NCBI GenBank assembly: GCA_964492195.1
Contig: CAZBJL010000004.1
Coordinates: forward strand, 3,621-67,620
Source: an uncultured Candidatus Saccharibacteria bacterium
GTDB lineage: Bacteria > Patescibacteriota > Minisyncoccia > Phycocordibacterales > DATGWK01
Direction: 5' to 3'
Length of the DNA: 64,000 nt
Shown here: in pieces, positions 1 to 9,271 of the stretch
Position numbering within the stretch: position 1 is the first letter of the stretch
Layout of the letters: every line of letters starts with the position of its first letter
Position numbers and translations under genes: made by a program
The notes under the pieces: generated by a model
The model's input: the letters and a program-made list of their open reading frames with translations, nothing else
Told to the model about the DNA's origin: nothing
The model's database searches: none

Positions 1-1062
1 TGTTCCACAGTCGGCACATACGGTGAGTGGCGAAAGACCTCGGCGGCTTGCAAAGATGACGAGTTGCTCGCTTTTTTCCCGGCTTCGAAGGATGAGGTTG
101 TATAGGTCTGTTGAAATCGGTTCGAACTTTTTTGCGGTTTTAATTTTCCGCATATCAATGATTCTCTGTTCGGCACTTGTTTGTATGCGAAGGGTTGGAG
201 GAGAAATTTCTCCCAATTCGTCATTTCGATATCGTGAAACGGTTTCTGTTCGGAGCAGTGTGTCGCCGTACACGAGTCGCGCATTAATTTCTTTACTGAA
301 CATTTCTGCAAAGATGCGAATGTCTGTAAATGGGCGAGAAATACTTTTATAACTTTTTGAATTTTCACGTTCAAGAATAATTGTGCCGATGTCTGTGCGC
401 GGCACAGAAAGAAATTGTCCTGTTGCGATGATGACGATTGGATGCGATTCGTTTGCGAGGTTTGTCCATCTGTCAATCAATTCTTTTTTCTTCATTCGTC
501 CGTGGAAAATGTACGAGTATTCACTGATACCTTTTTCGAGGAGCATTTCAGCCCGTTTGATGTCGCTCATCGTAGGCAAACATAAAAACACCGAACGCCC
601 ACGAGCAAATTCTTCGCGAATCAAACTTCTATAATGAGAAAAGCGATCATCGTCGTCTGTTTGAAGAATTGCTCCGTGAAGTCGCTGTGCGGTGCGTTCC
701 ACAGTTTTGGTACCGCCAAGGTCTGCAGCATTTTCAAGAATAATTTTTGGTACAAGTGAAGAAAGGAGACTGCCGAGCGTTGCAACGTGGTACTCTGCCG
801 TTTTTTCAACAGCTTTCATAAAAGGTACCGAAAGCAGACTTTCCGAAACAAGCGACGTTGTTTTTTTGTATGCAAACGTAGAGTTTTTTAATTCAAGGCG
901 AATGTTTTCTGCAGGCTGGCTTGCGATAACAAGCGCATTTACGGTTTTGCCTCGTAGAGGAACTTTGACGATCGCACCAGGAGAGACATCGTGCGCAGTA
1001 AAATAACTCAAGGATTCTTTGTGTATGCCTCGGCTAATGGGGATCACCTCGACGATTTTCAT
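1..1062 (-). CDS. priA: Primosomal protein N' (PriA), N-terminal ~354 codons; the gene runs off the window start. Walker A and motif II look degenerate.
   Basis: Hand translation of the minus strand from ATG at 1062..1060 gives MKIVEVIPISRGIHKESLSYF... It continues without a stop to position 1, which is why it is missing from the ORF track. It aligns with PriA through ...HPIVIIATGQFLSVPRTDIGTIILERENSKSYK... and the Cys-rich ...LTVCADCGT. The frame was re-checked by explicit reverse-complement of 301..420 and 601..720. Confidence 0.7.
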   Translation of the reverse strand, partial: MKIVEVIPISRGIHKESLSYFTAHDVSPGAIVKVPLRGKTVNALVIASQPAENIRLELKNSTFAYKKTTSLVSESLLSVPFMKAVEKTAEYHVATLGSLLSSLVPKIILENAADLGGTKTVERTAQRLHGAILQTDDDDRFSHYRSLIREEFARGRSVFLCLPTMSDIKRAEMLLEKGISEYSYIFHGRMKKKELIDRWTNLANESHPIVIIATGQFLSVPRTDIGTIILERENSKSYKSISRPFTDIRIFAEMFSKEINARLVYGDTLLRTETVSRYRNDELGEISPPTLRIQTSAEQRIIDMRKIKTAKKFEPISTDLYNLILRSREKSEQLVIFASRRGLSPLTVCADCGT

Positions 1063-1074
1063 GCACCAATACTA

Positions 1075-2382
1075 CTAGAGAATTTTAATTTTCGCCCCTA
1101 GATTGTTGAGTCTTTTAATGATGTCTTCATAGCCGCGGTTAATACTATAGATATTTCGCAAAATAGATTTGCCTTCCGCGCCAAGCATGGCAATGAGAAT
1201 AATCGCGGCAGGACGGAGCGCAGGTGGGCATACAACTTCCGCAGCTGTAAGAGTGCTTGGACCAGTAATGTAAATACGATGCGGATCGGCGAGATGAGTT
1301 TCAACGCCAAGTTTGTCGAGTTCTTGTAAATGAATGGCTCTTTTTTCGTACACCCAGTCGTGGATGAATGTCGTACCGTGGGCTTGAGTTGCGATTGCGG
1401 CAAAGAAGGGAAGATTGTCGATATTGAGTCCTGGGTATGGCCGCGATTCAATTTTTTCTTCGAGAGCGGTGAGGGTTGAAGGGAATGTTTCTATGTCGAC
1501 GAGTTTTGTGTGACCATTTTTTGCAACATATTTTTTGAGAATATTGAATTTGAAACCCATTTTCTCGAGTTTTAAAAGTTCGATCTCTAGGAAATCAATC
1601 GGACAGCGTTCAATAATAATATTGGAGTTTGTTACAACCGCAGCAGTAATGAAAAACATAGACTCAATAGGGTCCTCGCTCAATTCATATGTAACATCTT
1701 CGTTGATGTTTTTCTTTCCGTGAATGGTAAGAGTTGTGGTGCCGATGCCTTCAATGTTTACTCCAAGTTTTTGGAGGAAAAAACAAACCTCCTGACCCAT
1801 ATAGTTCGCTGAAGCATATTTAATTATTGTCGTGCCGGGGATTCCTGCTGCCGCAATTATTGTGTTTTCGGTGACAGTGTCGCCAGATTCGTATAAAACG
1901 ATTTCATTCGGTTGCAATTCTCCCGTTTCAATTTCATACGTAGTGTCTGTTGTTTCTATCGAGACGCCAAGTTTTTCGAGCGCAAACAAATGCGGCTTTA
2001 CGGTGCGAGAGCCGAGTTTACATCCGCCAGCCTGGGGAAGACTAAATTTTTTAAGTGAATGGATAAGTGGCCCGATGAGTAGGATAACAACTCGAGTTTT
2101 TTCAGCCGTAACGGTGTCCAGTTTATCCATTGCAAATTCTGTCGGAGGAATGATCTCTAAATCATTGTCGATCCACTTTACTGAAACACCAATGCTTTCA
2201 AATACTTCGATCATTCTAAAAACCTCTTCTATTTTCGGCACCAGTTTAAGAGTGGTTTTTCCTCGGTTAAGCAAAGAAGCAGCCATAAGGCCTAGCGCTC
2301 CGTTTTTCGAAGTTTTTGTAACCACGGTGCCGTGGAGCGTCTGTTTGCCTTCAATTTCTATGTCTATTGCTTCAGCGTTCAT
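1075..2382 (-). CDS. murA: UDP-N-acetylglucosamine 1-carboxyvinyltransferase
   Basis: The 446-aa ORF (1075..2415) aligns along its full length with MurA (ISGAKNAAL-like ...TKTSKNGALGLMAASLL..., C-terminal ...INRGYEDIIKRLNNLGAKIKIL). The internal Met at 2382 aligns best with MurA N-termini. Confidence 0.9.
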   Translation of the reverse strand: MNAEAIDIEIEGKQTLHGTVVTKTSKNGALGLMAASLLNRGKTTLKLVPKIEEVFRMIEVFESIGVSVKWIDNDLEIIPPTEFAMDKLDTVTAEKTRVVILLIGPLIHSLKKFSLPQAGGCKLGSRTVKPHLFALEKLGVSIETTDTTYEIETGELQPNEIVLYESGDTVTENTIIAAAGIPGTTIIKYASANYMGQEVCFFLQKLGVNIEGIGTTTLTIHGKKNINEDVTYELSEDPIESMFFITAAVVTNSNIIIERCPIDFLEIELLKLEKMGFKFNILKKYVAKNGHTKLVDIETFPSTLTALEEKIESRPYPGLNIDNLPFFAAIATQAHGTTFIHDWVYEKRAIHLQELDKLGVETHLADPHRIYITGPSTLTAAEVVCPPALRPAAIILIAMLGAEGKSILRNIYSINRGYEDIIKRLNNLGAKIKIL

Positions 2383-2484
2383 ATGAATTTGAGTAAATAT
2401 ACCACAGACATTCAATCGTCGCGCGGCGTGTTTGAAACGAAAAATTTGATACTTGTAACAAAAGACTTTACTATAGCGATACCT

Positions 2485-3498
2485 ATGGCGTTTTTCTCAA
2501 AAAAACTTGGCATTGATCTTGGTACGACAAGTACGCTTGTGTATGTGCCAGGAAAAGGAATCGTGTTGAACGAACCGTCAGTCGTTGCCGTTTCAGAAGA
2601 GGGGAATCAAATTATGGCAATCGGTATTGAGGCGAAAGAAATGATTGGCAAAACTCCGGACAGCATCGTCGCATATCGACCGATGAAAGACGGCGTCATC
2701 GCTGATTACCGCATTACCGAAGCGATGCTTCGATACTATATAAAGAAGGCGCTTGGTAAATACAATATTGTAAAGCCAGATGTAATCATTTCTGTTCCTG
2801 CCGGTATTACTTCGACAGAACGTCGAGCGGTTGTAGAGGCAGCACTCAAAGCTGGAGCTAAAAATGCCTATGTTGTAAAGGAACCAATCCTTGCCGCGAT
2901 CGGTGCGGGCATTCCTATTCATGAAGCAATAGGGCATATGATCGTCGACATCGGTGGTGGTACGACTGACATCGCTGTTATTTCACTCGGAGGTATCGTT
3001 GCGGCCAAGTCCGTAAAGTGTGCCGGCAATAAAATCGACTATGCAATTGCCGACTATATAAAGAAGACGTTCAACCTCGCGATCGGTGACAAAACAGCCG
3101 AAGAAGTAAAAATTAAAATTGGTTCGGCGATCCCGCTTGAAGAAGAATTAGTGCTCATGATCAAAGGACGGGATTTTGTTACAGGTTTGCCACGTTCTAT
3201 TGAAGTGAAGACAAATGAAATCACAAAAGCAATCACTAAAGAACTTCGGGAGATGATTAAGGCTATCAAGGATGTCTTCCAAGAAACTCCTCCCGAACTC
3301 GCTTCGGACATTATTGATCGCGGCATCATCATGACTGGCGGTTCTTCACAGCTTCGCAACTTGCCCGAACTTGTTTTTAGACGAACGGGGGTCAAAGCTG
3401 TCCTTGCCAAAGACGCACTCTTTTGTGTGGTCAACGGCACCGGTGTTGCGCTCGAACATCTCGACGTCTACAAGAAAACTATTTTGACGAAAAAGTAG
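2485..3498 (+). CDS. mreB: Rod shape-determining protein MreB (copy 1)
   Basis: Translation from ATG 2485 reads MAFFSKKLGIDLGTTSTLVYV...EPSVVAV...DIGGGTTDIAVISLGGIV, the actin-like MreB signature. The upstream part of ORF 2332..3498 is not MreB-like. Confidence 0.9.
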   Translation: MAFFSKKLGIDLGTTSTLVYVPGKGIVLNEPSVVAVSEEGNQIMAIGIEAKEMIGKTPDSIVAYRPMKDGVIADYRITEAMLRYYIKKALGKYNIVKPDVIISVPAGITSTERRAVVEAALKAGAKNAYVVKEPILAAIGAGIPIHEAIGHMIVDIGGGTTDIAVISLGGIVAAKSVKCAGNKIDYAIADYIKKTFNLAIGDKTAEEVKIKIGSAIPLEEELVLMIKGRDFVTGLPRSIEVKTNEITKAITKELREMIKAIKDVFQETPPELASDIIDRGIIMTGGSSQLRNLPELVFRRTGVKAVLAKDALFCVVNGTGVALEHLDVYKKTILTKK

Positions 3499-3519
3499 GG
3501 TCGTGCGGTATTTTTGACA

Positions 3520-3934
3520 AGTAGTTAATTTTATTGCCCATATATTTTAGTAAGTTGACACGTGTGATTGTCAGTAGTATCGTATTTCTTAGATCGCTCA
3601 GAAAGGGGAAGAGCTACTCGGCTCGACCTGGTTTCCGAGTTCAGTGTTTAGGGTTCGTGACTTGAGATAGGGTGTATTTTTTTCCATGTGTTCTCAACGG
3701 ATTGAAGCGTAAGGCAACGTTTTTCTTCGGTGGTTCCCACACTGTGTGGTTGTGAACGGTTGCATTTGACCCAGCGGTAAGAGTTTCCCGCTAAGGCCAT
3801 CTGTACTCCTAGTACTACTTCCAAATAAGAGGACCATAGCCGATGTACGTGGCCACACACTCCAACATCTGGTTCAATGCGCATTCACCCTGTTTCAGGT
3901 CAAAAAGGTCTCACAGACCTCGAACTCCACGCGT
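3520..3934 (+). ncRNA. Unassigned structured non-coding region between mreB and holB-like (~415 nt); identity unknown. RNase P RNA is one weak hypothesis.
   Basis: No credible ORF (only junk 70-78 aa ORFs on the track). Several local hairpins (ctcgg...ccgag 3609..3629; ccaca-ctg-tgtgg 3727..3739; ggtct-cac-agacc 3908..3920). The segment cagcGGTAAGAGtttcccGC resembles the GGUAAGAG(CGC) element of RNase P RNA, but the P4 GAAAGUCC element was not found. The region ends in a strong terminator. Confidence 0.3.
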
Positions 3935-3967
3935 CCCCCGACTGTCAAAACAGTCGGGGGTTTTTTT
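3935..3967 (+). terminator. Rho-independent terminator
   Basis: cccccgactg / tcaaaa / cagtcggggg: 10-bp GC-rich stem, followed by ttttttt. Confidence 0.75.
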
Positions 3968-4000
3968 ATTCAATTTTTCCGGAATGCTATACTATTTTCC

Positions 4001-4702
4001 ATGTCGATGAATCCTCTCGTTGTAGATTTTTTAGGCGCACCGCGTCACCATGCGTATTTAGTTGTGGGGGATGCAGAGCAAGGCTATGAAGCGTTGCGAC
4101 TACTCATTCGAAAAAAGATTGTCGCAGGTGAAATCGATGCGTCGGATGTTTGGTCTCGGGCATATGCAAATGTAAGCATTGACGATGCTCGTGAAATAAA
4201 AGAAGTGCAAAATACCCGCCCGATCGGGAAGAGAAGAATTGTCGTTCTCTCTTTGTTTTCTATTCAGAACGAAGCGCAAAATTCTTTACTGAAGCTTTTT
4301 GAAGAACCGTCGTCGGACACCGTGTTTTTTATCTGTGCAGGGAATACGAGTATTTTCCTGCCGACGGTCTTGTCTCGTTTTTATATTGTTGAGTCGAACC
4401 TTGAAAGCAGTGGAAGCGAAGCGGGTCTGCTCACAAAATTTTTTGCAGGGTCAGTAAGCGAACGTGTGGCTCTTCTTGAACCAATTATCAAGGAAAAAGA
4501 TAAAGCAGAAGCTGAACGGTTTCTGGATTCCATTGAAGCAACTTTGTATAAGAATAAAAAAGCAATTGACTCAAACTCTCGCGTATTTGAAGATATTTTT
4601 TCAGCGCGACGATTTCTTCGAGGGCGTTCTCCGTCAGTTAAAATGATTCTCGAACATCTCTGTGGTATTGTTCCCTCAATTCAAGTAACTAAAAAAATAT
4701 GA
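4001..4702 (+). CDS. holB: DNA polymerase III delta-prime-like clamp-loader subunit
   Basis: AAA+-like N-terminus without an intact P-loop. Contains LLKLFEEP (sensor-1/LLKTLEEPP-like) and TVLSRF (SRC-like) motifs. 233 aa. Confidence 0.6.
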   Translation: MSMNPLVVDFLGAPRHHAYLVVGDAEQGYEALRLLIRKKIVAGEIDASDVWSRAYANVSIDDAREIKEVQNTRPIGKRRIVVLSLFSIQNEAQNSLLKLFEEPSSDTVFFICAGNTSIFLPTVLSRFYIVESNLESSGSEAGLLTKFFAGSVSERVALLEPIIKEKDKAEAERFLDSIEATLYKNKKAIDSNSRVFEDIFSARRFLRGRSPSVKMILEHLCGIVPSIQVTKKI

Positions 4703-5199
4703 CACTCGCAACTCATATGGTGACAGGTGCCACCGCTGCTGCAGTTTTTTCCTCTCATCCCGTAGAAGCTTTTTTTATTGGCTGGGCTTCGCATTATGTA
4801 TTTGATGCAATTCCGCACTGGGATTATTCGCTCGCATCCTTTTCTTCTGATTCCGAAAAACCTCTTGATACAAAAGTTACATTCAATCGATTTTTGTTTT
4901 TAGATATTGGTAAGGTTCTGCTCGATGTTCTGATTGGTGCACTCGTTGTGTATTTTTTGAGTGTCGGCGTAAATACATTTACGCTCACCATTTTATTTTT
5001 TGGAGCGATCGGTGGTGTTGTCCCGGATTTCCTCCAGTTTCTCTATGGATTTATAAAAATACCAATTCTTCGATCATTTCAGCAATTTCATAATTTTACG
5101 CACAGTAAAAAGAAATTGGATCACCGTCCACTGATCGGTATTACATCACAAGTCCTCATTATTGCGCTCGCGGGTACCATACTTTTGAGCACAGTATGA
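4699..5199 (+). CDS. Membrane-bound metal-dependent hydrolase family (YdjM/DUF457-like) protein
   Basis: Polytopic membrane protein with N-terminal H..G...H and ...H..D..PH motifs (MTLATHMVTGA...GWASHYVFDAIPHW). ATGA overlap with holB stop. Confidence 0.45.
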   Translation: MTLATHMVTGATAAAVFSSHPVEAFFIGWASHYVFDAIPHWDYSLASFSSDSEKPLDTKVTFNRFLFLDIGKVLLDVLIGALVVYFLSVGVNTFTLTILFFGAIGGVVPDFLQFLYGFIKIPILRSFQQFHNFTHSKKKLDHRPLIGITSQVLIIALAGTILLSTV

Positions 5200-5235
5200 T
5201 TTTTGGCAACTCTTTGTTAAAATGCTTCTACATAT

Positions 5236-5787
5236 ATGGCATACAATTTTTCTGAATTAAAAAAGGGTTTGGGTGAAGTCGAGTCATGGCTTATGAAAGA
5301 GTACGCAGGTTTGCGAACAGGCCGAGCAACACCGTCGATTTTGGATCACGTTATGGTGAGCTCATACGGCGACATGATGCCGATCAACCAAGTTGCAAGC
5401 ATTACCACAGAAGGCGCGCGAAGTCTCCGGATCGTGCCGTGGGATGTTGCTTTGCATAAGCTCATAGAAAAAGCGATCAATGATTCAAATCTCGGACTTT
5501 CTGTTTCTGTTGATGAAAAAGGTGTGCGTGTCCTTTTCCCAGAATTAACTTCGGAACGCAGAGTTGCTCTCATTAAACTTTCAAAACAAAAGCTCGAAGA
5601 TGCTCGTATTTCTGTTCGCAAAGAACGCGACAAAGTCTGGGACGATATTCAGGAAAAAGAAAAAGAGGGGATTCTTACCGAAGATGAAAAATTCCGTCTC
5701 AAAGACGAAATGCAAAAGATTGTCGACGAAGCAGGCAAAAGACTCCAGGTTTTGACTGACAAAAAGGAATTGGAAATGAACAGCTAA
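5236..5787 (+). CDS. frr: Ribosome recycling factor
   Basis: 183 aa, full-length similarity to Frr (…LRTGRATPSILDHV…VRKERDKVWDDIQ…). Confidence 0.95.
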   Translation: MAYNFSELKKGLGEVESWLMKEYAGLRTGRATPSILDHVMVSSYGDMMPINQVASITTEGARSLRIVPWDVALHKLIEKAINDSNLGLSVSVDEKGVRVLFPELTSERRVALIKLSKQKLEDARISVRKERDKVWDDIQEKEKEGILTEDEKFRLKDEMQKIVDEAGKRLQVLTDKKELEMNS

Positions 5788-5790
5788 ATT

Positions 5791-6900
5791 ATGTCAATAA
5801 TACTTTTCGTCGTAATACTCGCAGTTCTCATTGTTGTTCATGAGTTCGGGCATTTTTTAGTAGCAAAATTATTCGGCATTCGCGTCGATGAATTCGGTGT
5901 TGGGTATCCGCCCAAAGCACTTACTCTCTTTACGTGGATGGGAACGAAGTTTACTTTGAACTGGCTTCCTTTTGGTGGCTTCGTGAAGATTTTTGGCGAA
6001 AATGGTATGGAACCAGAAACAACCATTTCATCTGACTCTTCTGCATCAGGTAAAAGTTTTGTCGCTGCTCGTCGGCCCGCACAGGCGCTTGTTCTGTTGG
6101 CCGGTGTAACCTTCAATATTATTTTTGCTTGGATTTTAATTTCCCTTGGTTTTATGGTTGGTTTGCCAACGCCTGTAGATTCTGTTGCAAATCATAGCGA
6201 TGTGAAAAATGCTCATCTAGTAATTACAACTGTTTCTGCAAACTCACCAGCGCTTGAGGGCGGGCTTAAAAGCGGGGATTCCATTACTGCTGTTTCCACT
6301 GAAAAAGCGACAGTGAAAGAACTCACTCCAGAAGCAGTTTCTGCATTTATTGCAAATCACGGTGAAGAAAAAATTAGTGTTGGGTATAGCCGTGGAAAGG
6401 AAAATGGAACTGTTACTATGTCACCACAAGAGGGAATTATCCCAAATCGAAAAGCGGTTGGAATTTCTATGGATATAATCGGCACTCTCTCTTTGCCAAT
6501 TCATAAGGCACTATGGGAAGGTGCACAAACGACTGGTAACCTCGCGGTGATGACTGCGGCAGGGCTTGGTACTTTTATATATGATGCATTCCGCGGTTCT
6601 TCTGATTTTTCTCAAGTTACTGGTCCCGTTGGAATTGTTGGTCTTGTGGGGGACGCATCGAGACTTGGGTTTGTGTATCTCATTTCATTTACTGCGTTTA
6701 TCTCCATAAATCTTGCGGTAATCAATCTCGTTCCGTTTCCCGCACTCGACGGCGGAAGACTTCTCTTTGTCATTATTGAATCAATCAAACGCTCACCAAT
6801 TTCTCCAAAAATCACCAATATCGCAAACGCCGCCGGTTTCATTCTACTCATTGGACTTATGGTTCTTGTGACAGTTCACGATGTGTTTAAGTTATTCTAA
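5791..6900 (+). CDS. rseP: Site-2 protease RseP (M50 zinc metalloprotease with PDZ domain)
   Basis: HEFGH zinc motif in TM1, central PDZ-like segment, C-terminal LDGG motif (NLVPFPALDGGRL). Confidence 0.9.
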   Translation: MSIILFVVILAVLIVVHEFGHFLVAKLFGIRVDEFGVGYPPKALTLFTWMGTKFTLNWLPFGGFVKIFGENGMEPETTISSDSSASGKSFVAARRPAQALVLLAGVTFNIIFAWILISLGFMVGLPTPVDSVANHSDVKNAHLVITTVSANSPALEGGLKSGDSITAVSTEKATVKELTPEAVSAFIANHGEEKISVGYSRGKENGTVTMSPQEGIIPNRKAVGISMDIIGTLSLPIHKALWEGAQTTGNLAVMTAAGLGTFIYDAFRGSSDFSQVTGPVGIVGLVGDASRLGFVYLISFTAFISINLAVINLVPFPALDGGRLLFVIIESIKRSPISPKITNIANAAGFILLIGLMVLVTVHDVFKLF

Positions 6901-6952
6901 ATTCGTTACGTTTTGGTAGACCGTGCGGAGTTTTTCCTGTAATATGTTGTCG

Positions 6953-8206
6953 ATGCGTCAATCAACTCTCTTCACAAAAACTCGAAAAGAAGCTCCCAAA
7001 GATGAAGTGGCAAAAAATGCCGAACTTTTGATTCGAGCCGGGTTTGTTCACAAAGAATTAGCGGGCGTCTATTCTTTTTTGCCTCTTGGTCTTCGCGTTT
7101 TAAATAAAATTGTTGCAGTTATTAGAAAAGAAATGGTTGACCTTGGTGCCGAAGAAGTCTCTCTCGCTGCGATTCAAGATAAAAATACCTGGGAACAAAC
7201 AAATCGATGGAGCGATGCAGAAATGGACGTGTGGTTTAAAACTGAACTCAAAAATGGCACACAGGTTGGACTTGCTCCAACACACGAAGAGCCGCTCACA
7301 AAACTCATGAAGGATCACGTTCGTTCGTATCGTGATTTGCCTCGCTCCGTTTTTCAATTCCAAACAAAGTTTCGAAATGAAACTCGCGCAAAAAGTGGCA
7401 TCATGCGTGGCCGTGAATTTTTAATGAAAGATTTGTATTCTTTTTCTGCTGACGAAAAAAGTCATCAGGAATTCTACAATAAAGTTTCAGACGCATACCG
7501 CCGAATTTTCGATACAGTCGGAATTGGTTCAAAAACATTTTTAACGCGTGCGTCGGGCGGATCATTTTCAAAGTTCTCACACGAATTCCAAACGGTGTGC
7601 GACTCCGGCGAGGACACTATTTATACTCATGCGGATTCTGCTTTTGCGATCAATGAAGAAATTCATGGATCAGAAGAAGCCTTTGAAGGTACAAAAATTT
7701 CAAAAGAAGATTTCAAACCGCAAAAATCAATCGAAGTCGGTAACATTTTTAACCTCGGTACTCGTTTTTCTGAAGCACTCGGACTCACATTCCTCGATGA
7801 CAAGGGCAAACCTCAACCAGTAATTATGGGGAGCTACGGTATTGGTCCAGGAAGAGTAATGGGAACGATTGTAGAAGTGTTGTCCGACGAAAAGGGAATT
7901 GTGTGGCCAGAATCTGTTGCACCATTTACAGTTCATCTCATCGAAATTTCTGGAGCAGATGAAACTCACGCCGTTGCTGAAAAATTATATAAAACACTTA
8001 CACAGCTCGGACATGAAGTTTTGTACGACGATCGCGATCTTCGTCCCGGCGAAAAATTCGCTGACTCTGACCTCATCGGTATTCCGTATCGTGTCGTTGT
8101 GAGTGACAAAACAATAGCGGCTGGCGGTATCGAAGTTAAAAAAAGAATCGAAGAAAAAACAAACATTATTTCAGAAAAAGACCTCATCTCACTGCTTTCA
8201 GAATAA
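6953..8206 (+). CDS. proS: Prolyl-tRNA synthetase (short bacterial form)
   Basis: Class II aaRS motifs with the ProRS N-terminus (MRQSTLFTKTRKEAPKDEV.AELLIRAGF...FQFQTKFRNETR...GREFLMKD). The track ORF starts at GTG 6923; ATG 6953 aligns with ProRS starts. Confidence 0.9.
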   Translation: MRQSTLFTKTRKEAPKDEVAKNAELLIRAGFVHKELAGVYSFLPLGLRVLNKIVAVIRKEMVDLGAEEVSLAAIQDKNTWEQTNRWSDAEMDVWFKTELKNGTQVGLAPTHEEPLTKLMKDHVRSYRDLPRSVFQFQTKFRNETRAKSGIMRGREFLMKDLYSFSADEKSHQEFYNKVSDAYRRIFDTVGIGSKTFLTRASGGSFSKFSHEFQTVCDSGEDTIYTHADSAFAINEEIHGSEEAFEGTKISKEDFKPQKSIEVGNIFNLGTRFSEALGLTFLDDKGKPQPVIMGSYGIGPGRVMGTIVEVLSDEKGIVWPESVAPFTVHLIEISGADETHAVAEKLYKTLTQLGHEVLYDDRDLRPGEKFADSDLIGIPYRVVVSDKTIAAGGIEVKKRIEEKTNIISEKDLISLLSE

Positions 8207-8209
8207 CTC

Positions 8210-9271
8210 ATGAAAAAATTCGCTCATAAACTCTACACGATGTTCTCGAATGATATCGGGATTGACCTTGGTACTGCGAATACGCTCGTCTATGTTCGAG
8301 GAAGAGGGGTTGTGATAAATGAACCATCTGTTGTCGCGGTAAATCAAAAAACTGGTCGCGTGGTGGCAATTGGCAAAGAAGCAAAACAAATGCTTGGCCG
8401 TACACCACCGCATATTACAGCAGTGCGTCCTGTTGTTGATGGTGTCATTTCCGACTTCGAAGTAACGGAGGAAATGATTATTTATTTTATTAATTCCGCA
8501 CAACGAGAATCCAAAAAGTTTTTAGGACCGAAAGTTGTGGTGGGAGTTCCATCCGGAATCACGAACGTTGAAATCCGTGCAGTGAGAGATGCAATCAGAA
8601 ATGCCGGTGCTCGCGAAGTGTACGTTGTTGAAGAACCGGTTGCAGCTGCAATCGGTATGAAGCTTGCTGTGATGGAACCAGTCGGAAGCATGGTTGTGGA
8701 CATTGGTGGTGGCACCACAGACATTGCCGTTATTTCACTTGGTGGTATTGTCCGCTCCAAAAACGTCCGCATTGCTGGCGACAAATTCAACAGCGACATC
8801 ATGTCGTATATCCGCAGCGAATTTAAAATTATTGTTGGAGAAAAAACTGCCGAGAATGTAAAAATCGCAATTGGTTCTGCGATCCCGATGGGCCAGTCTA
8901 TGGAAGCAGTCATAAAAGGTCGTGACCTTGTCACAGGTTTACCCAAAGAGGTTATTGTTACCGACGCAGATATTCGGGAAGCGATGGCGCAGTCTGTGTA
9001 TATTTTGGTGGAATCTGTGCGAGAAGTTTTGGAAACTACTCCGCCGGAAATTCTTTCTGACGTCATGGGGCGCGGGTTGCACCTCGCGGGTGGCGGGGCA
9101 TTGTTGCGCGGCATGGGCCAGCTTCTCCACGATGTAGTAAAAATCCCTATTCATATTGCTGAAGATCCATTGACTTGTGTGGCTCGTGGTACAGGTATCA
9201 TTCTCGAAGACCTCCAGTATTTCAAAGATATTCTAATCGTAAATGAAGATGACTTACCTCCAAAAAAGTAG
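8210..9271 (+). CDS. mreB: Rod shape-determining protein MreB (copy 2), first gene of an mreBCD-mrdA cluster
   Basis: DIGIDLGTANTLVYV...EPSVVAV...DIGGGTTDIAVISLGGIV; 353 aa. Confidence 0.9.
   Translation: MKKFAHKLYTMFSNDIGIDLGTANTLVYVRGRGVVINEPSVVAVNQKTGRVVAIGKEAKQMLGRTPPHITAVRPVVDGVISDFEVTEEMIIYFINSAQRESKKFLGPKVVVGVPSGITNVEIRAVRDAIRNAGAREVYVVEEPVAAAIGMKLAVMEPVGSMVVDIGGGTTDIAVISLGGIVRSKNVRIAGDKFNSDIMSYIRSEFKIIVGEKTAENVKIAIGSAIPMGQSMEAVIKGRDLVTGLPKEVIVTDADIREAMAQSVYILVESVREVLETTPPEILSDVMGRGLHLAGGGALLRGMGQLLHDVVKIPIHIAEDPLTCVARGTGIILEDLQYFKDILIVNEDDLPPKK

Noticed and set aside
23-1006. Plus-strand ORFs 23..352, 383..634 and 692..1006, and minus ORF 621..809
   Set aside because: They are shadow ORFs inside the PriA coding region. 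PriA is on the minus strand in frame 0 from ATG 1062, with no stop inside the window. The translations are low-complexity, not protein-like.
1832-2386. Plus-strand 184-aa ORF
   Set aside because: It lies antisense within murA; its composition is typical of a shadow frame.
3520-3934. Calling this region rnpB (RNase P RNA) outright
   Set aside because: Only a GGUAAGAG-like element matches. The universally conserved P4 strand (GGAAAGUCCGG) and its partner were not found by eye, so the region is kept as an unassigned ncRNA candidate.
3648-4089. ORFs 3648..3884 (-) and 3877..4089 (+) in the mreB-holB gap
   Set aside because: No RBS and implausible sequences. The region is better explained as structured RNA plus terminator and the holB 5' region.
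8482-9114. 210-aa minus-strand ORF
   Set aside because: It is antisense to the second mreB. It is Ser/Thr/Pro-rich shadow-frame sequence.
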